From NCBI GenBank assembly GCA_036005605.1, contig DASYQJ010000251.1:1105-65104 (forward strand): a stretch of DNA of 64,000 nucleotides, written 5' to 3'. The translations under genes and the position numbers were made by a program. This DNA is from Acidimicrobiia bacterium. Lineage in GTDB: Bacteria > Actinomycetota > Acidimicrobiia > IMCC26256 > JACDBD01. A model generated the notes under the pieces. It saw only the letters and a list, made by a program, of their open reading frames with translations, did no database searches and was not told the origin of the DNA. Shown one piece after another: positions 59,058 to 64,000 of the stretch (its first letter is position 1; each line of letters begins with the position of its first letter).

Positions 59058-61717
59058 CGACCGACGGCGCTCGACGCTGCGATCACGCCGCGGAAGCAGG
59101 CATCGGCTGCGGCGCGCGCCGTCGCCGCCGTCTCCGGCTTCGGTGCGACGTCGCCGATCTGCCGGAGGAGGTCGATGCACTGCTTGACGTGGCGCACGAA
59201 GTCGCCCCCGGTCATGTCGGCGTCGTCGTCGAGCACGTCGGCGAGGTCCTCGCCCGCCACCCACTCGTATGCGTACGGAACGAACCCGGGGTCCAGGGCG
59301 CGCGTCTCCGACAGGCCGGCGTCGTCCTCGTTGTGGTTGAGGTCCTGGGCGATGCGTTCGACCGCGCGCCATCGTGTCGCGAGCTCGCGGGTGGGCCACC
59401 GTCCCGGCGGGAGCGGACCGGCGTCGTCCCGACCACGCCGCTCGTACGTGAAGCTCGATGCCATCGCGGCGATCTCCGCCGCGTCGAGGTCGTCCAGGAG
59501 GCCTTCACGGAGCGACTCGGCGACGACGAGGTCGGTCTCGGTATAGAGGTGGGCGAGGATGTTGCCCCACTCCGTGACCGACCAGTCTTCGACGTACCCC
59601 CACGCTTCGAGGACGCGCAGGACCCGGTCGAACTGGCGGGCGAGGCTCTCGCTGCGCCCGCGCACTCGTCGCTCGAGGCGCGCCACGTCGCGTTCGAGCC
59701 GCTCCGCCGACGCGGCTGCCCGTACGCGCGTTTCGTGCTCCCGATCGCGTGCGACCGGATGCCCGGCCAGCTGCGTTTCGAGGTCCGACGCGCGATCCGC
59801 CTTGCCCCGGTCGGACTCGCGGCCCCGGCGTACCCGTACCCGACGGAGGCGATCCGCGACCGTGCGCCGGAATTCGCTGCGGCGCGGGGCATACGGGACG
59901 GGGAGCTCGATGTGTCCCGCGGGCGTCGGCGCCTCATCGAAGTCGGCGGCGCCCAGCCGGACGAGCTCGCTCCTTTCGCTGAGCGCGAGCACCTGCGGGG
60001 CGCCGCGGCGGCTTCGCTCGTGGCCGAGCACGGCGACGCGACCGTGCCGGCCCGCCCGGACGACCACGTCCCCCGGCTTGAGGCGCTCGATCGCATTCGC
60101 CGCGCGGCCGGAGGTGCGCCGCCCGCGCCGTTCGGCGTCCAGCGTGGCGCTCAGGCGTCGGTAGTCGTCGATGTCGCCGGGTCCTCGCTCGGCCGTGTCG
60201 CGATGTCGGGCCAGGGCCTCGCGGCTGCGCTCCAGCTGCCGTTCGAGCCCGACGACGTCCCGGTCGGTCTGGAACTGCGCGAAGGACAGGTTCAAGAGAT
60301 GGTGCGCGACGTCCGCCGGGTACCGCTGCACGAGGTTCGCGGCCATGTTGTAGGTCGGCCGGAACGACGAGCGCAGCGCGTACGTGCGGCGGGATGCCAG
60401 CGACGCGACCTGGTCGAAGGGCACGAACGGGCTCCAGCACACCACCGCGTACCCGACGTCGTCGATGCCGCGCCGCCCGGCGCGTCCCGTGAGCTGTGTG
60501 TACTCACCGGGCGTGAGGAACTCGTGCTGCTCACCGGTGAACTTCGACAGCTTCTCGATCACCACCGACCGGGCGGGCATGTTGATCCCGAGCGACAGCG
60601 TCTCCGTCGCGAAGACCATCTTCACGAGGCCGGCTGCGAACGCCTCCTCGACTGCCTCTTTCATCGGGGGGACCATGCCGGCGTGATGGGCGGCGAGGCC
60701 GGCCTCGAGACCGGTGATCCACTCGCCGTAGCGCAGGACCTCGAGGTCCTCGTCCGACAGCCCGTCGGTGTGCTCCTCGGCGATGCGACGGATCTCGGTC
60801 CGTTCGTCCGCGGTGGTCAGCCTGAGCCCATCCGACACGCACTGCTGCACGGCCTGATCGCACCCGGCACGGCTGAACACGAACGTGATCGCCGGCAGCA
60901 TGCGCCGCTCGGACAGCACCTCGACGATCTCGAAACGCCGCGGGGTTCGGAGCCGGCTGCGCGGTCGCCCGCGCCCGCCGGGCGAACGGCCACCGCGCGA
61001 GTCGAGACGCGCCGCTTCGGGGTTCGGCCGCGCCTCACCGTCCCGCTCGACGAACGTCGGGAGTAGGTGGACCGTGTCGCTGCCCCGCTCCCCCACCATG
61101 TACAGATGCTCGAGGCGCACGGGTCGCCGCTCCTCGATCACCGCCGCCGTATCGCCCCGGACCGTCTCGACCCACGCCGCGAACTCCTCAGCGTTCGAGA
61201 CCGTGGCCGACAGGCACACCAGCCGGACGTCGGGCGGGAGGTGGATGATGACCTCCTCCCACACCGCGCCCCGGTACGGGTCCTGCAAGTAGTGCACTTC
61301 GTCGAGCACCACGAAGCGCAGACCCCCGAGCGACGACGACCGCGCGTAGATCATGTTGCGCAGCACCTCGGTCGTCATGACCACGACCGGCGCGTTGCCG
61401 TTGATCGAGTTGTCCCCGGTGAGGAGCCCGACGCGCCGGGCGCTGTACTCGCGGCTGAAGTCGCCGAACTTCTGGTTCGACAGCGCCTTGAGCGGCGTGG
61501 TGTAGAAGGCTTTTCCGCCGCCGTCCAGGGCGGCGGCGATCGCGTACTCCGCGACGACCGTCTTGCCCGAGCCCGTCGGCGCGGCGACGAGCACCGACTC
61601 GCCGCGGTCGATCGCGTCGAGTGCGCGGCGCTGGTAGGTGTCGAGCGGGAACGGCCTGCTCGACTCGAACGACTCGCGCCGGCCGGCGTGCTCGTCCGCG
61701 ACCCGCGCTTCTGTCAC
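59054..61717 (-). CDS. helY: Ski2-like DEAD/DEAH-box helicase HelY
   Basis: 887 aa. Walker A APTGSGKTVVAEYA, DEVH box VVLDEVHYLQD, SAT (LSATVSN), HHAGM motif. Confidence 0.93.
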   Translation of the reverse strand: MTEARVADEHAGRRESFESSRPFPLDTYQRRALDAIDRGESVLVAAPTGSGKTVVAEYAIAAALDGGGKAFYTTPLKALSNQKFGDFSREYSARRVGLLTGDNSINGNAPVVVMTTEVLRNMIYARSSSLGGLRFVVLDEVHYLQDPYRGAVWEEVIIHLPPDVRLVCLSATVSNAEEFAAWVETVRGDTAAVIEERRPVRLEHLYMVGERGSDTVHLLPTFVERDGEARPNPEAARLDSRGGRSPGGRGRPRSRLRTPRRFEIVEVLSERRMLPAITFVFSRAGCDQAVQQCVSDGLRLTTADERTEIRRIAEEHTDGLSDEDLEVLRYGEWITGLEAGLAAHHAGMVPPMKEAVEEAFAAGLVKMVFATETLSLGINMPARSVVIEKLSKFTGEQHEFLTPGEYTQLTGRAGRRGIDDVGYAVVCWSPFVPFDQVASLASRRTYALRSSFRPTYNMAANLVQRYPADVAHHLLNLSFAQFQTDRDVVGLERQLERSREALARHRDTAERGPGDIDDYRRLSATLDAERRGRRTSGRAANAIERLKPGDVVVRAGRHGRVAVLGHERSRRGAPQVLALSERSELVRLGAADFDEAPTPAGHIELPVPYAPRRSEFRRTVADRLRRVRVRRGRESDRGKADRASDLETQLAGHPVARDREHETRVRAAASAERLERDVARLERRVRGRSESLARQFDRVLRVLEAWGYVEDWSVTEWGNILAHLYTETDLVVAESLREGLLDDLDAAEIAAMASSFTYERRGRDDAGPLPPGRWPTRELATRWRAVERIAQDLNHNEDDAGLSETRALDPGFVPYAYEWVAGEDLADVLDDDADMTGGDFVRHVKQCIDLLRQIGDVAPKPETAATARAAADACFRGVIAASSAVGR

Positions 61718-61721
61718 GACC

Positions 61722-61964
61722 TCACGGCGTGCTCGCAGACGGTGGTACCGCCGGTGTCGACTCGGCGGGCAGCGTTGCCTCGGGCACCGACAGCGGCGTG
61801 CTGATGCTCGGTTGCTGCGACCCTGACTTGTCGTCGGGCTGGAGGAACCAGATCAAAGCGACGGTCACGACGAGAACCGCGACGACCGCTGCAACCGCCG
61901 TCATCACCTCGCTGCGGCTGCGCGGGGGCCGGTACGCGTCGCGACGGCGACGGGGTGGGCTCAT
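61722..61964 (-). CDS. Small single-pass membrane protein
   Basis: 80 aa (MSPPRRRRDAYRPPRSRSEVMTAVAAVVAVLVVTVALIWFL..., Ser/Pro-rich tail). ATG overlaps the tatC stop (ATGA). Confidence 0.45.
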   Translation of the reverse strand: MSPPRRRRDAYRPPRSRSEVMTAVAAVVAVLVVTVALIWFLQPDDKSGSQQPSISTPLSVPEATLPAESTPAVPPSASTP

Positions 61965-62689
61965 CGCTTCAACACCCTTCCGATGATGATCGACGCCTCG
62001 TAGAAGATGTACATCGGCACGGCCATGAAGAACAACGAGTACGGGTCCTGACTGGGCGTGATGACGGCGGCGAAGACCACGATGATCAGGATCGCCGGCC
62101 GCCGCCACTTGCGCAGCTGTTGTGTCGTCAACACCCGCGCCAGCAACAGGAACACCAGCACCACAGGGAACTCGAATGCAACCCCGAACGCCACGATCAT
62201 GAGCGAGACGAGGCCCAGGTACTTGTCCGCCGTGAGCTCGGGCCTCAGCTGGGTTCCACCGATGTCGAGGAGGAACTCGAGCGCCTTCGGCAATGTGACG
62301 AGCGCGACGAGCCCCCCCAGCGCGAACAGGACGATCGACGCGAAGACGAACGGGATCGCGTAACGCTTCTCTTTCGGGTTGAGGCCGGGGGTGATGAACC
62401 GCCACAGCTCGAACAACCAGACCGGCAGCGCGAGCACGATGCCGCCGTACGTGGCGATCTTGATGCGGGTGAGGAACGCGTCCAGCGGCCCCAGGAAGAT
62501 CAGTGCGTGCTTCTCCCCCTTCGTCGCGTCGGTGTAGTACTTGACGAAGAACCTGATGATCGACTCGGAGAAGATGAAGCAGACGATCGCGGCGAGCGTC
62601 ACCGCGATGATCGAGATGATGATGCGACGCCGAAGCTCGGTCAGGTGCTCGACGACCGTCATCCGGCCGCCGTTCTCGGCGGTTGCCAC
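61961..62689 (-). CDS. tatC: Twin-arginine translocase subunit TatC
   Basis: VEHLTELRRRIIISIIAV N-terminus and 6 TM helices. GTG 62689 or ATG 62662. Confidence 0.93.
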   Translation of the reverse strand: MATAENGGRMTVVEHLTELRRRIIISIIAVTLAAIVCFIFSESIIRFFVKYYTDATKGEKHALIFLGPLDAFLTRIKIATYGGIVLALPVWLFELWRFITPGLNPKEKRYAIPFVFASIVLFALGGLVALVTLPKALEFLLDIGGTQLRPELTADKYLGLVSLMIVAFGVAFEFPVVLVFLLLARVLTTQQLRKWRRPAILIIVVFAAVITPSQDPYSLFFMAVPMYIFYEASIIIGRVLKR

Positions 62690-62697
62690 GGAGTCTG

Positions 62698-62997
62698 TTA
62701 CGAGGTGGTGTCAGCCGGCGGCGGCTCGGGAGGCGTGGAGTGGTCGGGCTTGCGAGCATCGATCTGCCGGGGGGCGTCGTCGGCGCCGTGCGAGGAGCCG
62801 ACACCGTCGCCGCCGTCGTCGTCATCGTCGTCGCGGAACGCGCCCTCGATGTCGTCCCGGAAGCCCTGCTGGAACTTGCGGAACTCCCGATAGCCGCGGC
62901 CGACCTGCCGGCCGAGCTGGGGCAGCTTGCTCGGGCCGAACACCACCAGTGCCACCACGAGGATCACGAGGATCTCGAGCGGGCCGATCTGCGGCAT
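62698..62997 (-). CDS. tatA: Twin-arginine translocase subunit TatA
   Basis: 99 aa from ATG 62997 with AAAGGAG upstream. [33 protein letters not shown]. Confidence 0.92.
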   Translation of the reverse strand: MPQIGPLEILVILVVALVVFGPSKLPQLGRQVGRGYREFRKFQQGFRDDIEGAFRDDDDDDGGDGVGSSHGADDAPRQIDARKPDHSTPPEPPPADTTS

Positions 62998-63109
62998 CGA
63001 GCTCCTTTCGCGCCGTTCTGCCGCCGACGATGGTAGCCGTGAGGGTCGCGAACTCCGTCTCGGGGCGGCGTGCCCGTACGCGTCGATCCCGGGCCGGCGC
63101 GAGGCTGCG

Positions 63110-63838
63110 ATGATGCGTGCCTCCGTGCGACCGATCACGTTCGCCCACCGGGGCGCCCGCACCGAGGCCCCCGAGAACACGCTGCCGGCGTTCCGACGCG
63201 CGCTCGAGCTCGGCGCCCGGGGTCTCGAGACCGATGCGTGGGTGTCGCGGGACGGCGAGGTCGTGCTCGCCCACGATCGGGTCGCCCGCCGGGGGCTGCG
63301 CCGTCGCAACGTGACGAAGTCGTCCGCCGACGAGCTCGCCGAACTGGGCGTGCCTCGACTCGCGGACCTCTACTCCGAGCTCGGCTCGGCGTTCGAGCTG
63401 TCGATCGACATCAAGGACCGAGCCGCCGCCGAACCGATCGTCGACCTCGCCCGCGCCGCCGGCGACGGCGCCCCGGGCCGGCTGTGGCTCTGCCATGCCA
63501 GTGTGCGCTTCCTCGCCGGCCTCCGCGAGCGCATGCCGGACGTGAGGCTCGTGCACTCGCGCCGCCGCCAGCACATCGAAGCGCCACTCGAGCGCCATGC
63601 CGCCGACTTGGCGTCGTCCCGGATCGACACGATGAATCTCCACCACTCGGAATGGACCGCGGGGCTCGTGGCGCTGTTCCACCGCTTCGAAGTGAACGCC
63701 TTCGCGTGGGACGTGCAGGAGGTCCGCCACCTGCGATCGATGTTGCATTTGGACGTCGACGCCGTGTACTGCGACCGCGTCGACCGCATGGTCGCAATCG
63801 TCGGCGAGTGGGGCGAGCAGCGCGACGCGGAACGCTGA
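63110..63838 (+). CDS. Glycerophosphodiester phosphodiesterase family protein
   Basis: 242 aa from ATG 63110. [34 protein letters not shown]. Confidence 0.85.
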   Translation: MMRASVRPITFAHRGARTEAPENTLPAFRRALELGARGLETDAWVSRDGEVVLAHDRVARRGLRRRNVTKSSADELAELGVPRLADLYSELGSAFELSIDIKDRAAAEPIVDLARAAGDGAPGRLWLCHASVRFLAGLRERMPDVRLVHSRRRQHIEAPLERHAADLASSRIDTMNLHHSEWTAGLVALFHRFEVNAFAWDVQEVRHLRSMLHLDVDAVYCDRVDRMVAIVGEWGEQRDAER

Positions 63839-63849
63839 GGAGGCGACCG

Positions 63850-64000
63850 CTACAGGAAGCCGAGGTCGTTGAGCGGCCAGATGCGCAAGAACACGCGCCC
63901 GACGATCGACGACTCCTTGATCGGTCCGAAGAACCTCGAATCCTTCGACGCCGGACGGTTGTCACCCAAGACGAGCACGTCGCCGGCAGGGATCGTGGTG
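63850..64000 (-). CDS. lepB: Signal peptidase I (C-terminal part, partial at window edge)
   Basis: The reverse strand translates to ...TTIPAGDVLVLGDNRPASKDSRFFGPIKESSIVGRVFLRIWPLNDLGFL* (box E GDNR-x-S-x-DSR). Confidence 0.8.
   Translation of the reverse strand, partial: TTIPAGDVLVLGDNRPASKDSRFFGPIKESSIVGRVFLRIWPLNDLGFL

Overview
This is a high-GC actinobacterial chromosome segment, roughly 68-72% GC judged by eye. Every antisense frame carries long Arg/Pro/Gly-rich shadow ORFs. I support about 70 CDS, one tRNA and one tandem glycine riboswitch. From memory, gene order follows four M. tuberculosis core blocks: HAD-tlyA-nadK-recN-steA-mctB ... pyrG-nudix-xerD (Rv1692-Rv1701); scpA-scpB-rluB ... 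cmk ... der (Rv1709-Rv1713); gcvH-FHA-MerR-DUF151-MerR ... gcvP (Rv1826-Rv1832); and helY-tatC-tatA (Rv2092c-Rv2094c). More than a dozen gene junctions are 4-nt GTGA/ATGA/TTGA stop-start overlaps. Five observations are not explained by ordinary annotation. (1) A 28-bp dif-like XerC/XerD site sits at 52115-52142, exactly where gene orientation flips from + to -, so the window probably spans the replication terminus. (2) A ~140-nt intergenic module occurs twice, 5' of scpA and 5' of ispH. Its 50-nt core (47/50 identical) can fold into an H-type pseudoknot just upstream of the Shine-Dalgarno, and it matches no riboswitch class I can recall. (3) tRNA-Pro(GGG) is followed by two more direct copies of its 3' part (25 nt and 43 nt). 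These delimit two tandem, integrase-less island remnants carrying small cargo genes of unknown function. (4) A 480-bp ORF-free gap upstream of a DUF4193 gene contains a 16-bp helix that is perfect only on the minus strand. (5) A four-gene envelope glycoconjugate cluster (murJ, AP-superfamily-like membrane protein, MraY/WecA-like, GT-C) is inserted between mctB and pyrG. I saw no CRISPR array, rRNA, transposase or recognisable defence system. All homology statements come from motif recognition by eye, not from searches.
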